A stretch of 63,512 nt of DNA, counting the filler. It is 12 parts of 12 records of this genome, joined end to end, with 100 filler letters (N's around TTAATTAATTAA, not from the genome) between each part and the next. Parts side by side here need not be neighbours in the genome. Positions count along the whole stretch, not along the records: positions 8,354 to 12,411 come from SRR7504441_6545; positions 12,512 to 16,495 come from SRR7504441_6551; positions 16,596 to 20,751 come from SRR7504441_6557; positions 20,852 to 27,647 come from SRR7504441_6560; positions 27,748 to 37,253 come from SRR7504441_6562; 7 more parts are not named here. One strand, given 5' to 3'. Positions within the stretch are counted from its first letter, which is position 1; every line of letters starts with the position of its first letter. The translations under genes were made by a program, and so were the position numbers. This document shows positions 10,597 to 27,998 of this stretch, in pieces. A model generated the notes under the pieces. That model saw nothing but the letters and a program-made list of their open reading frames with translations. It had not been told where the DNA came from and searched no databases.

Positions 10597-12411
10597 TTAC
10601 GCAAATGATTCATTACGGCAGCATGGGCTGACTGCATCGCTCACATCGTCAACCACAAACGAGCCATGCCGTCCACCTTGCTCGTTCAGCGTGTCATAGT
10701 TGGCCAAATGAGGGAGGCTGGGCTCTGTCGTCATGCGCTGCTTGTTCTTCTTCATAGTCTGTAGAGCAGCAAACCCGACATGACCCATCACTAGCCCCAA
10801 GATTGCACACGCGAACAGAGGCACAGAGTAGGTCATCACAACAAGCATAAGGAAGTAACCCACAGTGAGCTGCGAGGCGTACAGCAGCCCCGGCACCAGC
10901 TGGGCCGCCAGAATGCTTACGCCGTGCGCATCACGAGCCATGCTCCGTGCCCACACCCTCCTCGTGTAGATTAGCGTCTCTAGTAAGATCCCCAGCAGCA
11001 AAGTGCCCACGCACCCCAATCCAAACTTGAGCTCGCTGTCAAGGGTCCAGGATGTGAACAGCAGATTCACGCATTGCTCGGTGGCTTCGCCCTGGCCCGG
11101 CCACACAAACCCCTTCATGTACATTGTTGTGCCTGACTCGCCACAATATCCCAGATCCTCGGGAGGAGACGGCGGAGACGGCGCCACGCAATGGACCTTG
11201 CACTCCGGGCTCATTTTAAACCCGGGTCTGCCGTTGTCGGCACAGGCCTCCTGCTTCTGCTCGAGGTTGCCTGGGCCCTGATCCTTGATGCACATCGCCT
11301 GCGTGCCAGCCCCGCATTGCTGCTTGGTGGTGGCGTCTATTGCTGCTTCACAATTCATCCAGCAGCGGATCATACCGGCCGCACAGGTCCCATTCTGCAC
11401 ACGGGCCCGCCGACCGTGTCCACAGCCTGCCGCCACCGAGCCTGTCAGAGACGCCTCCCGAACTGCCTCGCTATAGCTCCAATGGCCCTCAGCGGAGCTC
11501 GAAGGCACCAGCAGCGCGGCATCCCTAGGAGGGAGCTGCATAGAGCCGTACCACACACGTGAGCGGCTGCCCGAGAGCCACAGGGCGTGCGGCGTGGCCC
11601 GAAGCTGGGGACCCTCGCTCAGCCACTGCTCTGCACCGACGCCCATCATGAAGACAACACTGTCTCGTGAGCCGAATCTGGCCCGCTGCACCCTCCCATC
11701 CACCTGCACGAAGAAGCCATCCTCCTCCTCCAGCTTCCCGCCTTCGTGACGGGTCGCCAGCGCCGGGGTGAAGGCCAGGTACAGCCCCATGTCCTGATGC
11801 AGATCAAGCGCCCATTCCGCCGCCTCGTCCGCGGAGGAGCCATCACTCCTATTGGAGGGCGTATACCGGTGCAAGTGCTGCAGCCGTTCGCCCTGGTTGA
11901 TCAGCCCGGTCAGGCTCGGGCCCGCCCCGTGGCTGGCAGTCTCAAACCCCTCGGCCAGCCGGGCGGCGAACAGCTGATTCTCATTGCCGATCGCGGTGCG
12001 TAGCGCCTGGATCGCCGCACTCCCGTCGCAATGATCTATCAGTTCTCGGGGCAGACCGTCTGTATCTGTGAGCTCGAGCGACATCCGGCCGGCCCCGTCC
12101 TCCATCGTGGCCGTGAGGAGGCCTTTCGCGGCCCCGGGGCGGAGGCACGCCTCGGCGGCGGAGAGCCCCTCGGCCCGAGTGGCGGCGAAGCCTGCACCGA
12201 CCGGTTGGGCTGACCAGGCGGCGGGGGACATACCTGGGATGTGGCTCACGGCTATGATCCCGTACGATGTGAGCGCGTGTCGGAAAGCCTGGGCGGCCGA
12301 GGGATCGAGCGGTTCGGACAGCTCCGAGTGCGCAAAGGTTGGGACCTGCTCCCGGGCGTTGGACAATGGGCAGGACGGAGGGTGCCTGGAAGTGCGGTTC
12401 GTGCCCCTTGG
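10597..12411 (-). CDS. Ctr-family copper transporter fused to an N-terminal 2OG-oxygenase-like fold and a Cys-rich linker, 5' partial
   Basis: C-terminal three TMs with YFLMLVVMTY (MxxxM) and GLVMG (GxxxG); N-terminal HQDMG...TPHAL...SRVW. Confidence 0.75.
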   Translation of the reverse strand, partial: PRGTNRTSRHPPSCPLSNAREQVPTFAHSELSEPLDPSAAQAFRHALTSYGIIAVSHIPGMSPAAWSAQPVGAGFAATRAEGLSAAEACLRPGAAKGLLTATMEDGAGRMSLELTDTDGLPRELIDHCDGSAAIQALRTAIGNENQLFAARLAEGFETASHGAGPSLTGLINQGERLQHLHRYTPSNRSDGSSADEAAEWALDLHQDMGLYLAFTPALATRHEGGKLEEEDGFFVQVDGRVQRARFGSRDSVVFMMGVGAEQWLSEGPQLRATPHALWLSGSRSRVWYGSMQLPPRDAALLVPSSSAEGHWSYSEAVREASLTGSVAAGCGHGRRARVQNGTCAAGMIRCWMNCEAAIDATTKQQCGAGTQAMCIKDQGPGNLEQKQEACADNGRPGFKMSPECKVHCVAPSPPSPPEDLGYCGESGTTMYMKGFVWPGQGEATEQCVNLLFTSWTLDSELKFGLGCVGTLLLGILLETLIYTRRVWARSMARDAHGVSILAAQLVPGLLYASQLTVGYFLMLVVMTYSVPLFACAILGLVMGHVGFAALQTMKKNKQRMTTEPSLPHLANYDTLNEQGGRHGSFVVDDVSDAVSPCCRNESFA

Positions 12412-12697
12412 NNNNNNNNNNNNNNNNNNNNNNNNNNNNNNNNNNNNNNNNNNNNTTAATTAATTAANNNNNNNNNNNNNNNNNNNNNNNNNNNNNNNNN
12501 NNNNNNNNNNNCTATTGATAAATCCTATGTATATCAGATGCCATTGACTCGTCTCAGAAGTATGTACATCAATTGTGACTTCACAGTTGCGACTAACTCA
12601 CTTGCGCGCTTGCGACTCGGCGGACTCGTGGCTCATGATCACGACGACGTGTGCTCACGCTGATCAACGAGTAACGGACAAACTCGGGGTGTGCGCG

Positions 12698-14394
12698 ATG
12701 TGGGCGAGAGCGGTCTCTCCCTGGGCTGGCCGTCATCTGATGAAGCCATCTTCTCTGGCCAGGGCGCCGCGCGCGTGTGCTGCCGCCTTCTGCACGGCGG
12801 ATGGTGAGCGGGGCGGGCTGTTCAAGGCCGGCGGCCGGTTCACGGGCGCCACCGACCCGATCATGGACCGATTCAACGCCTCGATCGGGTACGACCAGCG
12901 CATGTGGCGGCAGGATATCGCCGGGAGCGCAGCATACGCCCGGGCGCTCGGGCGGTGCGGGATCATCAGCACGGCGGAGGCCGCGAAGATCTGCGACGGG
13001 CTCGAGCTGGTGAAGCAAGAGTGGGCGGCTGGCGGATTTGAAATCCAGCCGGCCGACGAGGACATCCACACCGCGAACGAGCGGCGGCTGACCGAGCTGA
13101 TCGGCCCGGTGGCGGGCAAGCTGCACACTGGTCGGAGCCGCAACGACCAGGTGGCCACAGACATGCGGCTGTGGCTGGCCGATCAGGCGACCGAGCTGCG
13201 CGCTCAGCTGCAAGGGCTGATCGTCACGGCCGTAAGCCGGGCCGAGGCCGAGGTCGAGTATGTGATGCCTGGGTACACCCACCTGCAGAAGGCCCAGCCG
13301 GTCCGCTGGTCGCATTGGGTGCTCAGCCACGCCGCCGCCTGGCATCGCGACATGCAGCGGCTAGACGATATGTGCAAACGGGTCAAGGTGCCGCCCGCGG
13401 CCGCCAGCCCGGACCGTCGGGCAGGTGATGCCGCTCGGGAGCGGGGCGCTGGCGGGCAATCCGTTCGGGATCGACCGTGCAGCGCTGGGGGCCGAGCTAG
13501 GGTTTGACCAGATCTCGACCAACTCGATGGACGCAGTGTCGGATCGCGACTTCGTTGCCGAGTTCCTGTTCTGGTGCCCCGGCGGCCGGAGCCGGCCCAG
13601 CGGGCGCAGGTCCTCGATGACGATGGTGCACCTGAGCCGATGGGCCGAGGATCTGATCATCTACTCGTCCGGGGAGTTCAAGTACGTGACCATGGCCGAC
13701 GCTTACTCGACAGGCTCGTCGCTGATGCCCCAGAAGAAGAACCCGGACGCGCTCGAGCTGCTTCGGGGCAAGTGCGGCCGGACCACGGGCTCTCTGTCCG
13801 GCTTCCTCACCGTGCTCAAGGGCACCCCATCCACTTACAACAAGGACATGCAGGAGGACAAGGAGGTGTCCCGCCCCCCAACGCGACTCATTGACCGCAG
13901 ATGATGTTCGACGCAATGGACACGCTGCAGGCCGCCCTCCCCATCGCCACAGGCGTGCTCTCGACTCTAACAGTTCACCCGGACAAAATGGCCGCCGCGC
14001 TACAGTACGAGATGCTTGCTACCGGTGGCTGCCGCGGGCTGATGTATGGCGCATGGTCGGGCAGATCTGGCCGAGTACCTCGTGCGGAAGGGCGTGCCGT
14101 TCAGACAGACGCACCACACAGCCGGGCAGGCGGTCAGGCTGGCCGAGGAGCAGGGCATCTCGATCAGCCAGCTCAGCCTGCACGATCTGCAGAAGCTGGA
14201 AAGCGCGTTTGAGGCCGATGTGGCGGCTGTGTGGGACTTTCAGGCCTCAGTGGAGACGAGGGATGTTGTGGGCGGTGGGCGGCTGCTGGGGCTGCTGGTG
14301 ATTGGCCGCAGGCACCTCGAGGCGAGCGGTGCTGGAGCAAGTGCAGACTATCCGCAGCCAAATGGACAACGGACAACCAGCCTCAAAACTTTAA
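12698..14394 (+). CDS. argH: Argininosuccinate lyase with N-terminal targeting-like extension
   Basis: [45 protein letters not shown]; introns 13388-13424, 13574-13609, 13866-13900, 14025-14064, 14275-14311. Confidence 0.97.
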
Positions 14395-14511
14395 TTGCTA
14401 CCCGATGGAAGTTTACTTAGCTTGCCAGCCGCCTACGCCGGTGCCACGTTAGCTATTACTTACATGAATGTATCGATACGTACCTCGGACATTTAAAAGT
14501 AGCACTTTATA

Positions 14512-15548
14512 TCATAAAACTTCATCACTTGTGGCTCTAGTTGTATTCTCACAATTCCGTAATCTGCGATTTTCGCTCTGCTGGAGTAATCCCCGGTCCC
14601 CGGTCGGTTGAGCGTGGTCGGCTGTATGAGCTCTGCGTCTTGTCGTTATCTTGCTGTCATCTACCTGCGCCGGGGGGCGCAAGCTAGCTGTTCTTCTAGC
14701 GCGCAGTAGCTTCTCTCGTTCAGCGTGCCTGTTCATGCACTGCTGCAGCAGCTGGAACGCTGCCTCAGACTTGCCAAAGAACGAGTAGAACTCGACTTTG
14801 GACCCGTCGCGCAGCACCAGCCTAAACCCCTTATTGATCAGCGTCGAGCGGCTCGGCGTGGCGTGCGCTATGCTCCCGTAAGGCACACGGCGTTTGGCCG
14901 CAGTGAGCACCAGCCCGCCGTCAAAGTAGCAGGCCTCGCTGGTCAGGTAAAGCCTCCCCTGCCCCCCGGCGGTCGGCCCTGGGCTTGCCCGGGCCCACCA
15001 GCGAGTGCAGCACCGCCAGCTCTAGCGAACACTTGAAGTCGCCCAGCACCTGCCCCGCGCTCGCCCCGGCTGCCACCCCGCGGGCACCGGCTCGTCCCGG
15101 CCCATCCGGTCAAAGTGCCGCATCAGCTCGAGGTGCTTCGGGTGATTCGCGCACAGCTGCTCGTGCTGCTGCTCATCGGCCGTCTCCTCGGACTCCTCCG
15201 GCTCCTCCGGCCCTGCGCTCTCGCCACAGCGCGGGCTAGCCTGCTCGGCTGCGGGCTGGCCTGCTCGGCTGGCCTGCTCGGCTGCTCGGTGCGGGCTGGC
15301 CAGGTCTGCGTCGCCCCTCAGCTGCACCGCTCGAGCAGCCGGGGCGCGGGGCGAGTGGGCCGGGCTGCGAGAGCGGCTGCGGGCTTGCTGCAGCCGTTCG
15401 GCCAGCTGCCGGTCGGCCTCGAGCCAGTCCTCGGTGTACGCATCGAGTGGGTCCTCCTCGTCCTCCTGCTCCCAACTCGGCACCGCGCCCCCCGGCCCGG
15501 CACCGGACGCTCCCCGCCCTCGCAGATCGCCTGCAGCGCCTGGCCCAT
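14512..15548 (-). CDS. GRAM domain protein
   Basis: EQVLGDFKCSL / GRLYLTSEACYF / KVEFYSFF; multi-exon; start MGQ inferred. Confidence 0.7.
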
Positions 15549-15597
15549 TGGTGGCGGGAAGTGCCGTGTCGATGGAGTTGCCGTTATCGTACGCCCA

Positions 15598-16398
15598 ATG
15601 GGGCGCCCGACAGGCGCCGGCATGTGGGTCGCAAACTCCGACGGAATGCAGCCCCCGTGGCCCTTCACCCTCACTGTGGAGGTCGTGTTCGAGTCAGATC
15701 TGCCCAGTGGTCCTTACGCAGAGTGGTCCTCCGCCTCTCAAGCAAAGCTGATGCTGGCCGCTGGAAGTGATTTCAACACGATGGGCAGGGCCACACTCGA
15801 CACGCTGGCGGAGAGAAACTCTTATGACGAATCCACGGCACAGCAGCTGCGCATCCTACATATCAAGTTCAAGGGTGGCGAGGTTCAGCCGGCACAGCAA
15901 GTCCAGGAGGGCGCGCACAACGTGATGGTCGGCGCGCTGTCCCCTGGTGGCTGTGTTTTGAGCGGAGGCAGTGGGCAGTCAGTCAAATTAATGGACAGAG
16001 CCACCTCCACGCCTGGCGGCGGGCCGACCATCACAACTGGCGCCAGTCTGTGGGTTGCAGACGCTAGCCAAATGCGTCCCCCATGGCCCATGGCACTCAG
16101 CATGGAGGTCGTTTTGGAGGCGGATCTGCCCCACGGTCCTTACGCGGAGTGGACCTCTGAGTCAAGTGGAAAGTTGATGCTGGCTGCTGGTAGCGATGCC
16201 GACACAATGGGCAGGGCCACACTTGACGCCATGGCGGAGAGGCACTCTTATGATGAGTCCTCAGTGAAGCGCATGAGACTCCTGCATATCAAGTTCAAGG
16301 GTGGGAAAGTGCAGCCGGCGCAGGCAGTGAAAGATGGGGTGCACGAGGTGAAGTTTGGGATCCTGGAACCTCTTGCCGGTTGTTGCACCGTGTTGTGA
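15598..16398 (+). CDS. Protein made of two tandem ~120-aa repeats with a C-terminal CaaX box
   Basis: WVA..MxPPWP..EVV.E.DLP.GPYAEW..KLMLAAGSD..TMGRATLD..SYDES..LHIKFKGG.VQPAQ occurs twice; ends CCTVL. Confidence 0.75.
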   Translation: MGRPTGAGMWVANSDGMQPPWPFTLTVEVVFESDLPSGPYAEWSSASQAKLMLAAGSDFNTMGRATLDTLAERNSYDESTAQQLRILHIKFKGGEVQPAQQVQEGAHNVMVGALSPGGCVLSGGSGQSVKLMDRATSTPGGGPTITTGASLWVADASQMRPPWPMALSMEVVLEADLPHGPYAEWTSESSGKLMLAAGSDADTMGRATLDAMAERHSYDESSVKRMRLLHIKFKGGKVQPAQAVKDGVHEVKFGILEPLAGCCTVL

Positions 16399-16647
16399 GC
16401 GTTCGATGCTCGCAACCCCTCAAGTGAACAAAATTTTGTACTTTTATGATATTTATGTATATATATATTAGAAAGTCGGAGCCCTAGGGCCCACANNNNN
16501 NNNNNNNNNNNNNNNNNNNNNNNNNNNNNNNNNNNNNNNTTAATTAATTAANNNNNNNNNNNNNNNNNNNNNNNNNNNNNNNNNNNNNNNNNNNNATACT
16601 TGTGTATAGTAATACTTGTATAAAATCACATTTCTATCGCATGATTA

Positions 16648-18987
16648 TCATCGAAGCAAATCGCATATCAAGTCATCGAGTTTGCTTACGACTTGTTCCC
16701 GTTTATCTATCCTGGTCTGTAATGCTTGTATCTTCTCCTCACTTGCGCCAGTGCGCTTTAGCTGGCTCATTTTGGAGCGCCAGATTTCGAGCTGCTCCTC
16801 GTGCATCTGTTGCTCTCTTTGATATTCTTGCCGCCGCTTCGACTGGAGCACAATGTCATCATCTGGTTGGTGGCCCACCTCAACTGGTGGCGCTGCCGAG
16901 ACTGACGAGTTTGCATCTGTGCATGCCATAGCAATGCCCTTATGGTGGTGCAGGTGGCAACACAAAGTGTGTGCATTGCACTTCGTGCAACACTCTACCC
17001 TCTTCTTGTTGCGTATGCGCAACAGTTTCAACGGTATGGGTAGGTCCACACTCTCAGGCAAGCCCAGTTCCTGCTTGAGTGCACTGTCGAGGCCGTTAAT
17101 AGTCTGCTGAAGTCCACGCCACATTTCTTGAGTGTGTTTGCACGAACTCCACCACCCCTGGGCACGAACTCCGCTCATGAAGAGTTTGACTTCCTCACTT
17201 GCCTTCACCTTGCTCCTCGGCACTCGTGCTTTGACCGTAAGGCCTTGGCGTGTCCTGGCCCTTGACAGCGCAACGTAAACCTGCAATAGCAGTCAAATAC
17301 GAACTACATCAAGCCCAGCAGCAACCAATCAAGCACACTACCTACCTGCCCGTCGTCCCAACAATTGCTGAGGTCCACCTCCAGCTCCTCTATTGTCATC
17401 CCTTGACTCTTGTGGATCGTGATGGCCCAGGCCAGACACAGCGGAATCTGTGCGCGGATACACGTCCCGATCCCGGCAACATCGGCTTTGAACTCGGCAG
17501 GCATCACCGGCATTCTGGTGCCGTTCCTAAATTGCACTATCGGAGCTCTCTCCGCGCCTGACTCCTGGAGCCGTTCGAGTTGTTTCTGGAGACGATCAAA
17601 CTTCGACTTCGCCTCGCGATCAAACCTCTTGGCCTCATCGCGCTTTTCCTGGGCCATCAAGCTGAGAGAAACTTGTTCATCTTTTGCCCGAAGCTTGTCG
17701 ATCTCCACAGCCAGTTCGTCGGCGGAAGCAAAGCCATCCACAACGCCTCGCGAGCCGTTCACCAGTCCTTCGCAGAAATTGACCATCAGCATCACCTGGG
17801 CTCCCTGTTTCAGGCGCAAGTGCTTTTGAGCTCTGCAATCCCTGGATAGGTCTCTAGACCATCGCTGGTGCAGCTCCACCTCGGCGTGCTCACGAGTTGT
17901 CTCTGGATCGACCTCCACTCGATCACGGCAGTCCCACGACCACTCCTCGCCTGCCAGCTTGCCGTACTCGCCTTCATTGATCCGGGAAACTTCTTGTTTC
18001 CTGGAACGAAGTCGAGTCCGCTCGACCCCATGCCGAGCACTCGCTTTGTCCCCCCCCCACCGTTTCATCCATAAATTCATCCCACTCCAAGGTTGATACA
18101 TCGTTAAATCTGACTGCGTTGAGGAACTTAGCGAATGCTTTATCTTGCTGCCGGTAAACCTCCGTGAGCTCCTTGATTTGAAGGTCGAGCTGCGCCCATG
18201 CCTTGGATTGAAAGGCATAGCCTCGGGCGAAGAACTTTGCAGGGCACGGCCCATTGTCCTTGTTGAAATCCTTGGCCGGGTTAACTGGTTTGAGCTGTAA
18301 AAAGTCGCCGAAGAAGATGACTTGGAGCCCTCCGAACGGGCTCTTGCCTCGGATCTGGGACACAAGCTCGGCCAACCCGTCTAGCAGCTCTCCAGACACC
18401 ATCGAGATTTCGTCAACTATCAACACATCGTCATCCCTAATCTCGAGCTGACTCAGCATTTTAAATATCTTATCCACCGTCTCGGGCACCCCGCACCCTG
18501 CCCACTTGTGCAGCGTCATCCCCTGCACGTTGTCGGCCGCCACCCCAGTTGATCCAGTCACCGCAACCCGCTTCCCTCGGGCCTTAAGCTGAGCCACTAT
18601 CGACCGCAGCGTGACAGATTTTCCCACCCCGGCCCCACCCGTCACAAACAGGTTCCGGCCGGCCAGCGCCGCCTGCACCACCTGCTGCTGCTCCGAGCTG
18701 AGCGGCGGCAGCCGCTCCTGAACATCGATCAAACGGAACTGGGCACACAGCTCGGCTTCCTCGGCTGCGCTCAGCCGGGGCCGCTTTGCGGGCGGCTCGT
18801 GCGTATCGCTCCGTCGGAGCTCGGCGGGAGGTGTTTCGCCGACGAAGGCGACGGCCTCGGCTTCTGTGCGGAAGCTCTGGTGGACAGCACCAGGAAAGCC
18901 GGAGATCTGGACCTTGCACTCCTCCCAGCTGGCGTATACCCCGAGCTGCCGGCCGCGTCGAACTGCATAAAACTTCTTGGGGGGCAT
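16648..18987 (-). CDS. PIF1: PIF1-family helicase with N-terminal RNase H1 hybrid-binding (Cauli_VI-like) domain
   Basis: FYAVRRGR..GVYASWEECK (HBD); TGGAGVGKS, VDEISM, FGGLQVIFFGDFLQL, QIPLCLAWAITIHKSQG, QVYVALSRAR; intron 17281-17345; frame change at the G9 run near 18050-18058. Confidence 0.9.
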
Positions 18988-19069
18988 CACGAAGCACCAG
19001 CCCCGGGACCTGGAGAAGCAGCCCTGCCGCCCTGCCGGAAGGTCTTCAACGGATTGTCGTTTAGGATCG

Positions 19070-20751
19070 ATGGTGACTAGTTCGTACCGCCGTCCTAGGC
19101 CATCGGGCGACCTGGCTCCGATCGACCAGCCGCCGGTGCCGGCTGGTCAGAGCAGCGAGGCCAGCCGGCAGACGCACATACAGCTGGGCGGCCGGGGCGA
19201 GATGGTCGTGGTGTGGGCGAGGAACGCCAGCCAGCTGCCGTGCCAAGTGCGGTACGCGGCGCGAGCGGAGCGAGAGGGGCGAGCTGGCGCACACCCACCA
19301 ACAAGCGGGCCGGTGGTGGTGGGGGTGGAGGGCGAGGCGAGGTGCGCCCCCCCCATGGCCTAGCTGAGCTTGTACAGGTCTTATGACGCCACGCTGATGT
19401 TCGGTTTCCCATTGCTGGCGCATCCGAGCATGGGCTACCCCACTAAAGGCGGCAGCGAGGAGGACCAGAAGGTGGGGGCAGCGGGGACGGGGCCGATGCG
19501 GGGGCAGGCTAGGCTGAACACGAGCTGGTGGGCGGTGAAGGAGTACAACGGTGGAATGGAGCCGCTGTCAGCCGGCACTGCGCGCCGCCGTCGACTTTAC
19601 ACCAAGGCGGATACCTTGACTGAGGAGCCCGGACCCTATAATAACCCACAGAGCTATTACAAGAGCCCGCAGTTCTGCATTGTGCGGCTGGGCGGGCTGC
19701 GGGCTGGAGTGGTGTACGACTACTCTACATTCCCAGCTAACGACCCCGACTGTGGAGAGTGGCCTAGCACACAATCAGCGCCCTGCGGGTTCAGCTTCAA
19801 AATGACGCACGACTGGCAAGCCAAGCCGCCGGAGAAGATGGTGCTCGGACTCACCGCAGATCTGGGCCAGACGCAGGTGTCAAAAGCGAGCATGCATGCC
19901 CTGCGCGAGATGGATCCCGACGCTGTGCTGCTGGCGGGCGACTTGAGCTACGCTGATGGCTGGTTTTGGCGGTGGGACTTCTTTGGGGCTATAATGGAGC
20001 CGCTGGGGGCAAATTATCCGGTGATGGTGGTGCCGGGCGATCACGAGGTCTGGATGGGCGAGCAGTTTGTTAGCTTCAAAACCCGGTACCCAATGCCGGG
20101 TGGGAGCAACATGTATTGGAGCCGCGACATAAACTCAGCGCACGTGATCGCTATCAACGCCTACACCAATGTAGACGGGCTGTCAGAGCAGTGCGAGTGG
20201 GTCCGCCGGGATGCCGAAGCAATCAACAGGACGCGAACGCCCTGGGTGATTGTGATGGTCCACACCCCGTTTTATAATTCCAACACGGCGCACCAAGGCG
20301 AGGCAATTTTGCTGCAGAACCTTTGCGAGCGCAGCCTGTATGATATTGGAGTGGACCTGGTGCTGGCGGGTCACGTCCACTCGTACGAAAGAATGCACCC
20401 AGTGCTCCAGTGGGAGCGTAATGACTGCGGGCCGGTGTACGTTAATCTCGGGGACGGAGGGAACCGCGAGGGTACAAACGCCGAGTGGATTACACCGCAA
20501 CCCAAATGGTCTGCGTTCAGGGAGAACTCATTTGGCGTTGGCTCTCTACGGATTCGAAACAGTACTCATGCGGAGTTTATCTGGCAACGAGTGGCCTGTG
20601 AGAACCAGACTGCCCCGGGTAACATGCAGATAGAGCCGGATTGCCAGCCGGGAAGCGCTCAAGGCTTAGCATCTACCACAAAAAGCGACAGCACTTGGCT
20701 TGTCAGAAACGTTGCTTCTTGCCCGAACAAGAATTTCACCGGAGGCACACC
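19070..20751 (+). CDS. Purple acid phosphatase (metallophosphoesterase), 3' end at contig edge
   Basis: ADLGQ, GDLSY, GDHE, VMVHTP, GHVHSYER, GDGGNREG; start approximate because 5' introns are unresolved. Confidence 0.88.
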
Positions 20752-21010
20752 NNNNNNNNNNNNNNNNNNNNNNNNNNNNNNNNNNNNNNNNNNNNTTAAT
20801 TAATTAANNNNNNNNNNNNNNNNNNNNNNNNNNNNNNNNNNNNNNNNNNNNCTTGTCCCACAGGCCGTCACGCAGCTCTGTGTTCCCAAGTTTCGCTCTG
20901 ATCAACAACGGAAATCAGAGCCTTCAAGCACCGGAGGGCGGGGGTGAGTAGAACCACCGCGCAGCTCGGCTCCGCAGCGCAGTGCGCCCAGCTTGGTCAC
21001 CCGCAAGGGG

Positions 21011-27647
<6,637 letters not shown>

Positions 27648-27998
27648 NNNNNNNNNNNNNNNNNNNNNNNNNNNNNNNNNNNNNNNNNNNNTTAATTAAT
27701 TAANNNNNNNNNNNNNNNNNNNNNNNNNNNNNNNNNNNNNNNNNNNNGCTCAGGAGGTTACAGGATCGTGGGATGTTCGAAGCGGTCTCTGCACCCTGGA
27801 AGCCGACCGAGATCAGATGGATCGAGATATAGATTCGGAGCCTAAACGTAACATGCGGTGTTGACTCGTAGTACGTACTCAATAGTCAATAAGCAACATT
27901 TATTGCATCGCAAGTTAACCAGTAACGGCATGCGCTCCAGTGCTGTATCGAAACTACTACGCTAGTGACTACTACAGTATTAAAACTAGATTTCATTG

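Noticed and set aside
13388-14311. Frameshifts, pseudogenisation or an alternative genetic code in argH and other split genes
   Set aside because: Every break resolves with a 35-60 nt GT-AG or GC-AG intron under the standard code
16648-18987. Helitron or other transposon because of PIF1
   Set aside because: No HUH Rep motifs or Helitron ends seen; the gene sits head-to-head with a host phosphatase
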